Position numbers and translations under genes: made by a program. Below, one piece after another: positions 11,901 through 25,400 of a DNA stretch of 64,000 nucleotides. The notes under the pieces are model-generated. The model saw nothing but the letters and a program-made list of their open reading frames with translations. It was not told the DNA's origin and searched no databases. Numbering within the stretch: position 1 is the stretch's first letter; each line of letters begins with the position of its first letter. This DNA comes from Dudresnaya verticillata (lineage: Eukaryota), in contig OZ374561.1 of assembly GCA_977862235.1 (NCBI GenBank), forward strand, positions 1-64,000, written 5' to 3'.

Positions 11901-14768
11901 CATCGCCGTGGTTGTTCGAATGTGTTCGGGCACTGGCCGAAAAAGAGATACGTCGGCTGATTCTCGTCTCTTCGTTGCCTTCGGTTGCTCGTCCTCAACC
12001 GGGGCAGGAACTTTCGCGGCACGGCTTCTCCTCATCTTCTTCGCCTTTCTTGGCACCTTTTCTGTACAAGTATTCCCAATTCGGCGCTTCCTCGGTTTGT
12101 TCTTCTTCTCGAACACTGGAGCTTCATCTTCAGCTACAGACTCAAGAGTGTCCCAATCGTCGTGGCCGACCAACCCGCAGTCCCTATGCCAGTCATTCGT
12201 GGCCGCCAGGAACAACTTCATACTGCGGTCGTCGACCACGCCCTCGCCACCAATGGTCGAGACGCACTTTCCATAGTGCTGCTCAGCAATTTTCCTGCTG
12301 TGCCCACCTTGCAGCTCCAACGTGTGACCTACGTTGGACTCTTCCTCCTCATAACATTCTACACCTCTCTTCAGTGCAAATAGTACTTCCCGATTTGTCT
12401 GTGACTTGTCAATACTGTAACCGCCAAACCATTGCCGGTGCTTCTCCCCGTTGTATCCTTGTGGAAGCCCATATCGATTCCACTGGCTTGCCATGACCTT
12501 TAGAGCGTCATTCCTCATCGGGACAGTTGGAAGAAGGTAATCGTAACTGTCCTTCTTGACGCTCCTGCCGAGGTATTTCATGAGTGCTACTCGCAACTCT
12601 ACCCCAAGAAGAACCACGGCCTTGTACAAGTTACTGGACACCACATCGGGATGCTTGCTCGTGAACTTCATCATACCTTCCTTCTGCGACCTGGTCTTGC
12701 TGTGACTCGGTATGCAAGTCAATCTGGCCCCACCGTGAATTTGGAACCCCCTCGGGCCACTCCCATTGTTCCTGGTTGCCATGAATCCCACCTCCGATCC
12801 GCGAGCAACATTTCCCCCAGACAGATGGATGCATGCACAAACTAGCTCCACAGACTCCTGTATAAGGGATAGCATACTCACAGCTCTCTTGTGCGCCTCT
12901 CGAGCTGGAAGAATTCCGAGTTGACCTATCGCTCGTCTCACACACGCACGGCAGTCCATCACAACATCTCGATTTCCCTCGTCTTCGAAAAAACTGTACG
13001 GTGACTTGGTCTCCTTAGGGTTCTCGATGACGACGGAGAGTCTCTCCTGAAAGTCTTCTGGAAGAATAACCCCGTTCATGAAGCCCTCGTTCGTTGTTAT
13101 GAGCTCCAATATCCTCCGTTGCATACGTCTCACACATCTTCCAATGCGCTTCGCGCTCATATGGATCCCAAGCACAAACCCACAGTGTTCCTCCTTGTGC
13201 CTCGGATCATCACACACCGTCCATGTACACCGCGAACTCTCCGAGCTTCTATGCTTGCGAGTTTTTGCCGCCAGTTCCTGCAACACATGGATACCGAGGT
13301 TGCCTCCAGACCTGTGATCTTTCCGAAATCTCTCAACCTCCTCGTCGGAATCCCCAGAAGATGGCCAGTGCACGATGGAGATAATTGCACAGCAGCCCGC
13401 AATGTATGCCACTGCAGAAAGTGTGGGGGAAACTTCTACACCTCGCGACAGAGCGACTCCTCTCTCTGTCAGTCGCACTCCCAAGCAACCACAAATAACA
13501 CTTGCTGCTGTTATACTCCCGGATTGTACGCTACTCTTCTCGTACAGAATGGCTTCGAGCAACCGATGTACAGCCCGCATGTGATCCCATTTGGTGCCCG
13601 GCCTCGATTGCAAACTTTCAATCGAGGCCGTGCGCGGTCGTTCGGTGCGCGATGCTTCCACCTTCCGGACAACTTCCTTTGCGGCGTCTACAATCTCTTG
13701 GGAGGTGATTAGTGTCGTCTCCTGACACAAACGGAGAGTCATTACCAGTACCTCGGACATCTCCCTCCTGTACCTTTGTTCACTTTCATCACGGATCCAT
13801 CGAAACTCCTTCTTCCTATCGCAATCCATGCCAGGGGGGGCCCTCACGGCGAGAAGTATCCTGGTCGATCCCATGTTTGGCCTTGTGCCCGCAGCACGAG
13901 CAGTTCTGCAAATCTTCATCAGGGTGTCATTGAACCACTTGAGAACTTTCGTCTCAGGTATGCGGAAGACTGAGCGGCTCTTGTGTGCCTTGGCACTCAT
14001 TTCCGCAGCCTTCTGAATGCTGATCCCAAGCTCTTTCAGTTTCAAATCCGCCCGTGTGTCAAATGCAAAGTTTCCCATGGCACTCAAACGCGGCTCCTGC
14101 GAAAGAACGGAAACTTTTCTCTCCTCCTCAACATCTTCAAGACAGTGGATGATTCCTTGGGCAACACTGTTGGCCACGTCGGATGTAGATCTACTCCCTT
14201 CATCACCGTCTTCTCGTACAAAGAAGTATTGTCCACCTTTTTTGAATAGTTTCTGAGCCTTTTCCGGTCGTACTTCTTTTCGAAGATCGGACAAGGTAAC
14301 GTTCTCCATCGCTTGCACGTGCTTCTCGCGGTAATGCTGGTAGAGACCCCGTATCGTAGGGCTGCTATGGTGGCATACGCGACACGGGTACACCTCAACC
14401 ACAGGGAGAAATGACAGTGGCCGTACTCTTCCTCTGCATTCATCATTTTTCACGGTGGAAAAGTAATGCTCACGTTCCGTCTCGGTGCAGCTCGGTACAA
14501 CGGAGGCCTTCACTTTCTGCAGGGAAGTGAACAGACCTCGATTTTTCTTCCCCTCGGCAGGCTTTTCGCATCTCCGAATATGATTGCGAAAGTTTTTTAA
14601 TTGCTCTTTCCCAAGGTATATCCCAGACCTGCACCTGCGGCAAAATGGATGTGAGATCTCAGGTATGATTACAACCCCACTTTCCGACAGTCCTTCTTCC
14701 GCCTTTCTAAGTTCAGAAACGGACTCAGCTGTTACATCAGCTTCCGATGCAGTCATCTGGAAGGGCAA
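8955..14768 (-). pseudogene. Telomere-linked helicase-like gene, copy 1: Zn finger + tyrosine-recombinase-like domain + RecQ (SF2) helicase; one in-frame TAG at 10449-10451
   Basis: ORFs 10449..14768 and 8955..10427 are in one frame (DEAHMII*SAHYRSCM; copy 2 reads DEAHIILLSAHYRECM). Helicase motifs: LRTGGGKT, DEAH, MTATAP, ATDGFGTGID, QIAGRVGRDG, RecQ Zn-binding CR...C...CDVC. YR-like motifs: GGNVARGSE, HSKT, KHRQW, QGGHS-x7-HY. Confidence 0.88.
11435..11810 (-). repeat. 93-bp (31-aa) coding tandem repeat in the recombinase-helicase linker, containing family A sites and half-sites
   Basis: KEVEKQTCLTSVENPSIAEEVMVAAEVASC repeated about 3.5 times; AAACAAGTCTG at 11548, 11641 and 11734. Confidence 0.9.
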
Positions 14769-17700
14769 AGAATTGCGGATGCAATGTTCGTACTCGGTTT
14801 CCGTGTACTTCTGCCGGTCGGCCTCGATTGCAAGCTTGCAATCGAAGCCGGGTCCTCGGATTCCGTTCTACTCTGCCGCTCAAGTCCAACAGCCTCCTTT
14901 CTTGTGGCCGTCGGCCTCGGTTACAAATTTTCAATCGAAGCCGGTTGCCCCACAAGTTCACAGAGAATATCCGCTTCTCCTTAGAGTTCAAAACGGGCTC
15001 TTTTGCAAGCTAACAACTGTGTTCGTCCCCAAGAAATGGCCAGGGCTCTATTGTAAGCTTGCAATTGTGCCCGGTTTTCAAACTCTCGTGGAGACAAGGT
15101 CGACAATTGCCAGTACCTACGCAGGCAATTACAATTACAAGTCGACTCGGGCAATTGGACGATGCAGTGGATCCGACGGTGCGCTTGCCGGAATAGTTCT
15201 GCGTTGCTCGGGTCACGTCGGACGCGCAGAAAGGAAGGGAAGAAGGCTCGGTGCAGGGCAGAACGTCAAGGAAAGAGGTTAGCGATCGCAAATCGAAATG
15301 TTAGGCACGTCGAGGGTCGAAAAAGAAGCGATAGTTGAGCGGCTTAGGGTCAGGGGGGTGTTTGTCTGCATCGTGGGGAGGCCATGGGCCTCACAACTGT
15401 CTGTCACACTTATGCGCAACTGCCGTCGATATTTTGGCGGGAAACCGAAACAGGGCCAGCTTGCCCTCCTGTATGTGAGATCCCTGTCTGGCGGGAATCT
15501 TGCGCAACCTCGCTCTCCTGACAAGTGTTTCAATTACGGTGCCGAATAGCAGTTTGCGACCAATGCCTGGTGATGCTTCACACCTATCGTATCAATGCGT
15601 TTCGGTACGTTTGGAAACTGCCGCCAGACGCACGCCATCAGACTTAAACCCCAAACTGCAGTCGGTGGTCGTCCCCTCCCCCTCCCCCTCTCTCCAGAGA
15701 CACCGACCCTAGCCCACAGTTCAACACCTCCCCGCAGCTTCCGCGACAGAGTCACCCCGGAGCTGGCCTGCTTCACTGCCCCATACGATTCCCGTCGCCG
15801 TCGGGCGCAGCCGTGCGCACTAACCTAATCCACAGCGATCCGATTCGGATATGATCTACTTCTGTTTGGATCCCATTCGGATCCAATTAAAGAAGCAGAT
15901 CATATCCGGCCTAGGTTGCAAACTTGCAATCGAGGCCGGATGGGAAAATCCGAGGCATGATGTACGTATTATCCCCCTCACTTCGCGATCTCTTCGTCAT
16001 GACTTACATTTCCCACTCAATAGAGTTCGCAAGGGACCTGTGTCAGCCCATTCACACCCTCCGGCCACGATTGCAAGCTTGCAACTTAGGCCGCAAAGCC
16101 CATTGGGCTGTGTGGAGCATGCTTTCCATCCGGCCTGCATTGAAAACTTTCAATCGAGGCCGAGAGGGCTGGAGTGCGTTCGAGTGCGCTGTGTGGAGCA
16201 TTCTTTCTATCCGGCCTGCATTGAAAACTTTCAATTGAGGCCGGGAGGGTTGAAACGGGCTATACGGAGCATTCCACCGCACGTCCACGTCCAGTGCTCG
16301 GGAGAATACGTAGACATTAGTCCACGTATTCTCCCGCTCACTACGCGATCTTTGCTAGTAAAGGACTTCCTTCCTCAGTGTTGTCGCTGGTGTTTCGATA
16401 CCCAGACAATGGATGCCTTACTGACTCGTTGTATGCCCACACCTGGTTGCCTGCAAACCTGCGGGTGGTAGAGTTAGCAGTCACCACACTTGTTTCCTTC
16501 CCTGGACTTGTTGCGCATTACATGTCTACAAGTACGGAACTGAATGTGCTGAATGCTTCGTACGGTTGTCGGTCTAACGGGACATGCGGGACGGTGCCAC
16601 GCGCCCCGTTGCATTGTGTGCGCCCAACCCAATGACACACTCCCCACAGAGTTTGTTTCCGGTAGGCTTACAGGTTTATTTGCGCGCGCGCGCGCTTTTC
16701 CCGCTCTCGATTTTGTATTTCGTATTTTGGACCGCATGGATGTAGCATGCGTGCACACGCAAATCGATATCAGCACTGCGTGCTCGACACGCGCACTGCG
16801 CCTGCTGTGTTGGTTGGCCGAAAGCAGCACGGAACCGTGTGCGCTCCGTGCCTCACAGTGTGTATTCGCCGTTAAGCATGAAGTCGGCCCTCACGGGGTC
16901 AGGAAGGCCGTTATTAAGCATGGAGTCGAAACGAATCGGCCAATGCTGGCCTATAGAGATACCCCCTCACAGTAGTTCGTATTGCGCGACGCGGTCCTTA
17001 ACGGAATGTTGATTTGTAATTAATCTGGGCGTTTCGTCTCCATGCTTAACCCCGGATTACATATAGGGAGACTCCGCGCGGGATGTCACTCGCTTGCAGC
17101 TAATGTTTACATCTTCTATCGCGACGATGCGATACATGCAAGAGATAAACATTGCCTCCTTGGGCTGATTGCAGAAAAACCGCTGCTGCTGAAGGCTGAG
17201 CTACGCAACTCTCGAGACGTACGAGACGTCAGCGCTTTATTGACATCAACGGACCTTGCAAGCATGTCTGGGGCCGATAAAATGACGTTATAGTGCGCTA
17301 GTGTGGTTCGCGCGTGGCTTACGCGTATTGTCCTCTACTCAGACAAGCTGCTGAATGCGGAGCAATCGCGCCCAGGAGGGCGTGGGGGAAGTCGTGTCTT
17401 CAAGAAGCTCACTCGCACGGCTTTTCAATTAACAATGGACGTGGTGCAACCATCAATGAAGATGACTTATGCACGATTGAGCAATGGCCGATTTTGCGTA
17501 ATTGTGGCAGATATGTTACACGAGCAGCCATTGCTGGTTTTGTCACAACTGCAGACTGACAACAATATCATCAGAGGTCCTCACAACGCAGGCCGCACAT
17601 ACGCAGAGTCATCTGCCACGCAAGTTTCTGCTAGTACTGAGCGGGTGGCAGGAACGTAACAAGCCTGCCTTTCCGTCCTTTGCGATAACAACTGCCATAT

Positions 17701-20700
17701 TAGCCCGTTACTACGGGTTCAGAGCTGCCTACTATTGTATCCTGGCTGCGAGACTGTTTGTCAGTTTTAGTCGACTCAGGTGAACCGACGCAACCAAGGA
17801 AAGACTATGAAAGCCCCAGGCAGTCCGCGATACCACCTTTCTCTTGCACAGTGCCCTCCTATTGATATTCTTGACTCCGGGCTTTTGGTGCTTCACTGGC
17901 GAATAGCGGTGCCAAGGCGCCTCAAAGGGCTGCAGCTCTACTGCATTACACTCCAGCCAGCGCCTGAACCCCATGCTAGAAACAAAAGAGTGGAACAAGC
18001 TGCTCCAAGCCCTGGAGATCACGCTATAATCCGATCCGTCTCCTATAGTTGCGGCACTAGCCATTCACGAGCCCTTCTAGCTCGGTCATCCAAAGCACCT
18101 CATATGCTCCCGCGCCTTTCTTCTCGCCACCTACATTCCCCCTCCCCTGCAGTACACCTTTCGCACCTTGCAAATATTCCCAACTGGTCTTGAAGTTAAC
18201 CCCGCTGCGAAAATTCCACATAAGCGCCTCAATCCCATTTCGCAAACTATCTAGCCCAGTGCCAAACCTCGCCTTCACCTCCTCAACTCCCGCCACGCTA
18301 TCGCTGTGAATCTCCTGTGCGAACGCATCTGCCGAAGCGCAACAGTGTAAGTCCCATGCAGCACATCTCCCTTCCGCAACACTCGGTCCTTTGCCTGCAT
18401 CAGCCTATCTACTCCATTCCGTCATCGTCAAGTCCGCCATGACCTGCCGCCGCGTACATCTCCCGAAGCACATGCTCCCATTCCACCGCTTCTGCGCAAA
18501 AACGAGCTTTCCACACGCACGCTGCGCTTCGTACCATGCCCACACCTCCCGGCATGCCGCCGTATGCCGCACACATGCGCAGTGCACCCACAAGGTCCCT
18601 CCCGAGCCCTTGTCCGACATATGCACCGCCCTCTTCCCGCCTGCTCCGCACGGCTACGGCATCGCGCCCTCGCACAGCAGCAAGCTGGTGCGCAACGCGC
18701 GCTACAAGCGCGAGGTCGGCCAAAGTGGATCGAAAGCCTTTCGAGCCGGCCGAGAGGAGGAAGACCAGCTCCGGGTAGGCGGGATGAAGCAGGGCGCCCT
18801 CGAGCTTGAGGATGGTGAGCCGGCGGAGGGCGTCGAATAGGGAGCGGGTCTTGCGCGTGAGAGTGATTGCGAGGCGTGCTGCGGGGTACGCTAACCCGCG
18901 GCGAATTGCTTTCTGCAAGCACAGAGCGCAGGATGGAGTGCGGCAGACGCGACGCGGGGCTTCCCCCGCTTCAGCGAGGCGTTGTGTGCAGTTGCCCGTC
19001 CCCAACTACACTGAGCTCTCACCGAATGCACAACACAACTATTCTGTCAGCGTAGGAAAGAAATCGAGGTACATGGACCAGGGCTCACTCCCGGCAATTC
19101 ATACAGAAGTTCCCATTGCGCGTTCTCGGTCACGAAACAGCGCAAGCGGCTTGTTATGTGCGGCAGCCAGAGCCGTTTCACCAACCAGCAGGCCTATTCC
19201 TGCTAGAGCATCACGTGGCGGAGAAACTTGCGCCGGTGAAGGCAACACCCGGCTTTGGCCCAGAGAGATCTGTGTTGCATACGCGTTGACTTGAGAATGC
19301 TTCGCAGTAACGCGCATGACAATGGTGTTTCGTCCGGCAAATTGCGTAGCGCTGATCTGGCTCATGCCGTAGTGCTATGGCGGAGGGCTGCTGCCGCTGT
19401 AGTCCATTCGAGTTGGAGTACAGTGCTGGTCGCTGGTCATCAAGACGGCTGCGTCACGGGTTGGTTTGGTTTGGTTTGTAGGCGACTGCTGCACACCAGC
19501 CCTATACGGACCGAGTGCTCGTGAGACGAGGCGGTGCCTGCACCGCGCGCGCACCTGCCACCGCATCGCTAACCACGCTTCAGCACGAGCGCCTGACGCT
19601 CTATATCACTCGCCAGCCCATGCGCCGAATAGATTTGTCGCTGTGCCAAGACCTGTTTGGCCTTCGTGTGCGTCCTAACACCCACTTCCTCATCGTCGTT
19701 ATTGCCCAGTTGCCCCCTCTCACCTTTCGAGATAACATAGATAGCCGGCCTACACTCAGTCCTGCGTTCACCCTACCGCTGGACACACTCACTCGCTCCC
19801 CGTGTCATCTATCCGACAGCTCGCTGTCTGGCTGTCACCTGCTCACTTCCGCGCCCTCTTCCACTCTTGCCCATTTAACGAAGCAGCCTGTTGTCAAGCT
19901 GTCAGTGTCCAACAATCCGCGCTCTTCGGAACGGCGTCATCGGCAACTGCATACAGAAACCCTTTGGACGAGAATAGGGTACTGTAGCGGGGTATACATC
20001 TAGTACAGGAAAGGGCCTTAATGCCCCCATCCATTCCCGAATCCCTGTCCACAACAGTAGATGTCAACGCTCATTCTCATTCCAAACTGTTCTAAAACTT
20101 AACAGCCGATGCTGAGTGCGAGTTGGACTACATGCACAGCACAGCGACAGGAGGCGGAGCAGCCGATATGCTGCATGGCACCGCAGCCGCTAGCGTATCC
20201 GTAGTTCTGAACGCGAATATGCGCCATGCCCTACACCGTCACGTGATCATTCCTATCTTGCTCCCGCAGGACACCAATACGCTGCGGTACGGTAAGCCAT
20301 AAATCAGCGGGGTCAGGTAAGTCCTGGCAATTATCCGTACGCTAAGAGGAAGCCACGGGGGCAGTAGCCAGAGCAGTTGCGGTTGATTACACACGCAGTA
20401 CATCCAATTCACTCGAAACCTTCCCAGGTCCCTCGCGCGGGGTCGAATGCATCGTCTGGCCGTCTTATGGCACCCTGCATTACTCGAGAGGCTACTCGGG
20501 CATAGCACACTGCTGACCCGGTTTCGAAAGTTGAGAACGCGTTATTAGTTTCACTTCTTCTTCGCCCTCTTCCACACTTGGTCCTTTAACCCAGAAGCAT
20601 GTCGCCAAGCGCGTACGGTGCAGCATTCCGCGCGCTTCACAACGGCGCCCGTGGCAACTGCAAAGCAACCATCGCGTTGATGAAACTGTCATTGTATGTC

Positions 20701-21201
20701 ATAAACATGGCGCCACAGTGAGAGTAACTGCGCGTTCCACGTACGGTAGGACACCTGATCCCGTCGCGGCAACATCGTAGCTGCAATTCGTTTCATGTCC
20801 TATTGCTGCATATCAAACCCCGTTACAAAATGCGAGCTGCGTAAGGTGTCAATTGTTCCATCAGCTTGCATCTTGAGTAGACAACTACGGCTGCTGGTCA
20901 GTTCACTGTAGGGCTGCCACCTGATCGTCCTGCCAACCTCTTTGGCACAACATGCCCCTGTCGCAGCAATATTGTGTTTGCAATGCACTTGATGTCCGAT
21001 TGCGGTAGATCGAATGGCATTACGAAAGGCGAGGTGCGTAACGTTTCAATTGTTCCACCAGATTGCAATCTGCACATGAGACGCTGGGCCATTTCGGAAG
21101 AGGGCATGAGAAGAACTTTCAGCAAGGCGCAGAAAGACTTGTTGTTGATTAGTAAGCTCATGCAGTAAGGAGCGGTGAGAACGTTGTCAACTCGAGCAAC
21201 T

Positions 21202-21335
21202 CCAGGCACAAGTGCCGGGGAGTTGCTCAATTTGCAGGCGGCGCAGTTCACCACGCATAGTGTTAGACCAGGCACAAGTGCCGGGGAGGTGCTCAATTTG
21301 CAGGCTGCGCAATTCACCACGCATAGTGTTAGACC
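21202..21335. repeat. 66-bp direct tandem duplication
   Basis: CCAGGCACAAGTGCCGGGGAG...CACCACGCATAGTGTTAGACC occurs twice (21202 and 21268). Confidence 0.85.
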
Positions 21336-22400
21336 CTGAAACTCGCCGTCGGGAGGCAGGCCTGCCCTTTCCGGTTCAATGTATTGGTAGGTGCCACGGG
21401 TATGAAATCTGCTTTCACATACAGTTTCGACACCACTGGCGGGAGAAAGCCGAAGCCCACGCAGCAAACCAAGCTCCCACACTGCTAAACCAAGCTATTC
21501 GACGCCCTTCCCAAAAGGCGACAAACGGCTTTGCCACGGTCTCGTCATGCAGCAGAGCCGTCAGACGGTTTCACACAGCCAGATTCGCTGCAATCTTGAC
21601 CAGCCCCAGTGCGGCTGCGTTGCCCATCGGTAGCGATGCGTGGGAGTATTTCTGGACTGGGGCGGGATTTGGTCGCGGCACAACAGCGCCGCTCCAGCGA
21701 CCCGCAACGGCGGCGACGATGTGCGGGCATCGTCGCGGGTGTCAGGTGGAGTTGGGAGCGTGGTGCGCAGGGGGGTTGTGCAGTGCACTTGACGGCGGTG
21801 ACCGTTGCAGATCTTGAGGCAGCCGGGCGTGGTGCGCATGGACAACAACACGTGTATGCAGCGGTCGTTGGAGGTGCGGGTGCTGCAGTCCGTTTCGAAA
21901 CTTTACAACTTTTCTGAACATATTGTAGCTTGCCCTAAACGATCGGAGATCAGTACTACAATGCGACGCCGGTAGGAGACTCCTCTCCACCCTACTATCG
22001 ACTGCGCGTGGAAACCAACCTCTACCCTCGCACTACCCTCACTCTCACCTCGCACTACCCAAGCTCCAACCTCAACCTACCCTGCTTCTTCTAACCTCGC
22101 GCTTTCCACCCCACTCTGGCGCGATCGACCCATCCTAGCGCGCGCGACCAACGTCCTTTTACCATTACCGCTTGCACCGTACGTCCGCGCGTTTTGCATT
22201 ACATCTTCCCCGACGACGGCGATATTACGATCACTCGCAACTGGCGCGCTCTGGTATTCGCGTTACGCTTGTTATCGTGTCAACACGTGCACACGGTGTG
22301 CACGTGTTGACACGAGAATGCGCGTAACACGAATACCAGGGTTGCCACGTGGACACGTATGCCTTGCATGCTTTCCGGAACCGTTTGCTGTTCTGCTTCC

Positions 22401-25400
22401 GCAGAAGCAGTAGAAGCACCGTGACAGCTTCCACAGTCGCGTCCCTGCGCGTCCCGCGGAAGCCGTCGCAACTCCACTACTCCTTCCGCAACGGATGCTT
22501 GCCTTGCCTCCACCTACTAACAGCTACCATCTGACCGCGGAAACAGTTGCCTATCTACATCTTTTTTCGCAACCATTAACTGTCATCTGCGCATTTGCTA
22601 ACACTCCCAGTCTGTCTGCGGAGCCCGTCGCAAACCTATAACTGCTTCCGCTGCATTCTCTCACTTCTCTAGCGCCTCGCGTCTTTCCGCAGATTCCGCA
22701 GCCGCCTCCACCATTGGTATCTTATACAACCTCCTTCTCCACCACCTCCTGCTCACCGTCCCGCGCTGCAACTTCGTTGCAGTTATTTACCCACTCCCGC
22801 GTCAAAAACTAACAATCATTCCTTTACTTCTATTCTCGCTTCACTTTACATATTCAAGGGACACACAGGTACGTGCTGGAGTCGCGTTCTTCACATTTCT
22901 ACAACCCAAAAACCTCCACAGCATAGCGACAAAACTCTAGAATTCCGGGGCACCATCCCGGTTTGTCTACGAGAAGTTCCTCGCAAAACTGTTGCAGTCC
23001 TGTGCATCTCCTGAATCTCTGCATTCCCGTATGCTTCTTCATCTCCTCCCTCCACCGCTGGTTGTTCCACATCATCAGGGCCAGTTGCATAGGCCTATAG
23101 AAGGGACACCGCTCCGAAGATCCATACTCGTTCTGCCCCCGCAGTGGACTACCGCTACCTACATGTGTCTTCTTCGAACCAAAGGTCTTCATCGAACATT
23201 CAGAACACCCGTTCGAAAAGAGCCCCCTCTTCGACTTCCAAGGCCGCATCCCGCACTGTGTGGCCCTGTGCCCTGACTTCATGCAGCGAAAGCACAGTCC
23301 AAAGCTACAGACTCTGCAATGCTCCTTCGACTTCACCGCTTCAAGTCCGGCTGCATCCCCGGGTCTCGAACGCCCCCAGCACGGCGCGCATACCGTTCCC
23401 AGCTTCATCGAGAGATCCCGTAATTCTTCCACCGCATCCATGGCTCCGCTCGCCGTCCGAACAGCAGCCACCACGCTGTCCTCCGGAGTACACTGTACGT
23501 CCAGACTCAACTCAGGTGCAGCTTGCCGCTGATTGCCCCCGCCCTCAGCTGGCAACAGCTCCCCACTCGAATCACTGTCGTCGGTATCTCCCGCCAGCTT
23601 CTCCAGGTGTATCTGCGTCGGACTCGCATACACACCCCCGGTCGAGGCCAAGAGTACCGACGAGGCCTCCTCCGGGACTGGAGCAGGCTTGGCACATACA
23701 TCGCACAACTGTACGGTCTCGTCTGGCAGTGTGGTCACACGCTCCGTACAGTTTCTCGGTACCTCCGGGCATCCCAGGTATTGCTCGATGGCCACACTTC
23801 GACACCGCCCCGTTTCTTCGGCCCATCTCTGGAATCGCTTAAGAGCCATCAGACCCTCCGTGTCCCTTACATTTGCACGGTCCCCAAACTCACGGTGGTA
23901 CAGTACACTCACAACCCCGCTCTTTCCATCCCTTCCAACCCGCCCGGCAACTTGGTACAGCTCCAACAGTGAACGGGTGCTCCCAACAATCACTGTCTTT
24001 GACACGTCAGGAGCATCAATTCCCGTCCCAAACCCTTCCGTAGCAATCATCACGCAAACGGTAAGCTCCCCCGCCCTCCCCCACTTCCACTGGGACACAC
24101 TCCGCCGCCGCGCAGTATCATTCATCCCACTGTTATACTTCGATATCACAACCCTCCGGGATGCTTTAAACTCTCTCCTCGCGCAAAGGGCTGCATGCAT
24201 ATCATCCGCTTCACCCTTAGTAAGTACACACACCAGAACCTTCCCCCCCGCGCGCTCGGAAAAGGCCAGGCGTACCCCTGCCATCACACTGTCATTAACA
24301 CACCCCATCACTTCTTCATCCTCCGCACTGGACAGCAGGTGCACACTGTACAGTACATTGTTCCGCCGCATGCTTCCACGAACAACCTCCGTGTCCCCAA
24401 CATTCGCACCACAGGCAGAAATTATCCTGTTCCCCATATGCACCGGGGCTGTGGCTGTCATCATTATCAGAGGGACACGCACGCGAGCCGGTCTCGCGTG
24501 ACGCATCCGTAACATGCACTCCCGATAGTGCGCGCTCAATAGGATAATGTGAGCCTCATCCACAACAACCCTCATCAACTTCTTGTTCTTGTGCAACACG
24601 CGCAGAGCAGCCTTGTATTTCGCCAAAGACACATGCTCTGGCGCGGCCAGGATTATACCTTTGCCGAATATTTCCATCTGTTCGTGATCATGGACGTCTT
24701 CGAAATCCAAAACGGGCAGCATGATGCTGTCGCACCGCTCTCTGATCTCCTCACGCAACGCACGAAGGGGGCATATGAAAACAGTCACCCCTTCCTCGCG
24801 CAATGCGGGCCCAAAAATAACCGCAGTCTTGCCAGCCCCCGTCCGAAGTACAATTAACGCGTCCCTCTCCCTCCTGACAACAACCCTCATTGCATCCTTC
24901 TGTTTCTCACTCTTGAACTCAGCCTCAGGATCTCCAACCGCTTCCTGGAGACACTCAACCAAACTCCATCGGGTCTCAGGTGACACGTCTTCATCAGACG
25001 ACGAATACTCTCCCCTCTCACTTTCCAGCCTCTCCTTCTCATTAATTTGACGAACGTCCTGTTCGTAAACATCCATTCTCTTTCCGATATCGGAAAGAAA
25101 CCCGACCAGCTTGCTTAAGAGCTCAGGGTCCCCCGCCTTCGGCTTCCCATCCCTCTCCTCACCCTCACTCCGTCGAAGACCATGAACGCCCTTCTCCGCA
25201 GCAGCAGCATTCACTGCGTTCACACCATCCCCCCCGCTCTGCCCCCGTCCCTCCCCTCTCTCTCCTTCCCACGCCACCCCTTCACTCACGCCCACGGTCA
25301 CCGCGTTCACATCCCTTGTCCCCGCCGCCGCACCCCGTTCTTCCGTTCTCTCTCCTTGCGACCCAGGCACTTCACTCGGGCCTGCTGCGCACCTCCCCCT

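Larger units (their letters stand above)
1585..16244. repeat. Dispersed 34-bp inverted-repeat family A, CCGGCCTCGATTG-N8-CAATCGAGGCCGG (more than 20 copies)
   Basis: Copies start at about 1585, 1752, 4063 (perfect palindrome), 5533, 5890, 5992, 6049, 8069, 8180, 8461, 8658, 11471, 11768, 13598, 14818, 14911, 15906, 16061, 16130 and 16211. Degenerate copies lie near 5761, 8556, 8844, 8907 and 15041. None was seen beyond 16.3 kb. Confidence 0.95.

Noticed and set aside
1585..16244. 34-bp palindromes read as a CRISPR array
   Set aside because: Spacing is highly irregular (tens of bp to kb), many copies are inside ORFs, no cas genes are present, and the context is a eukaryotic telomere.
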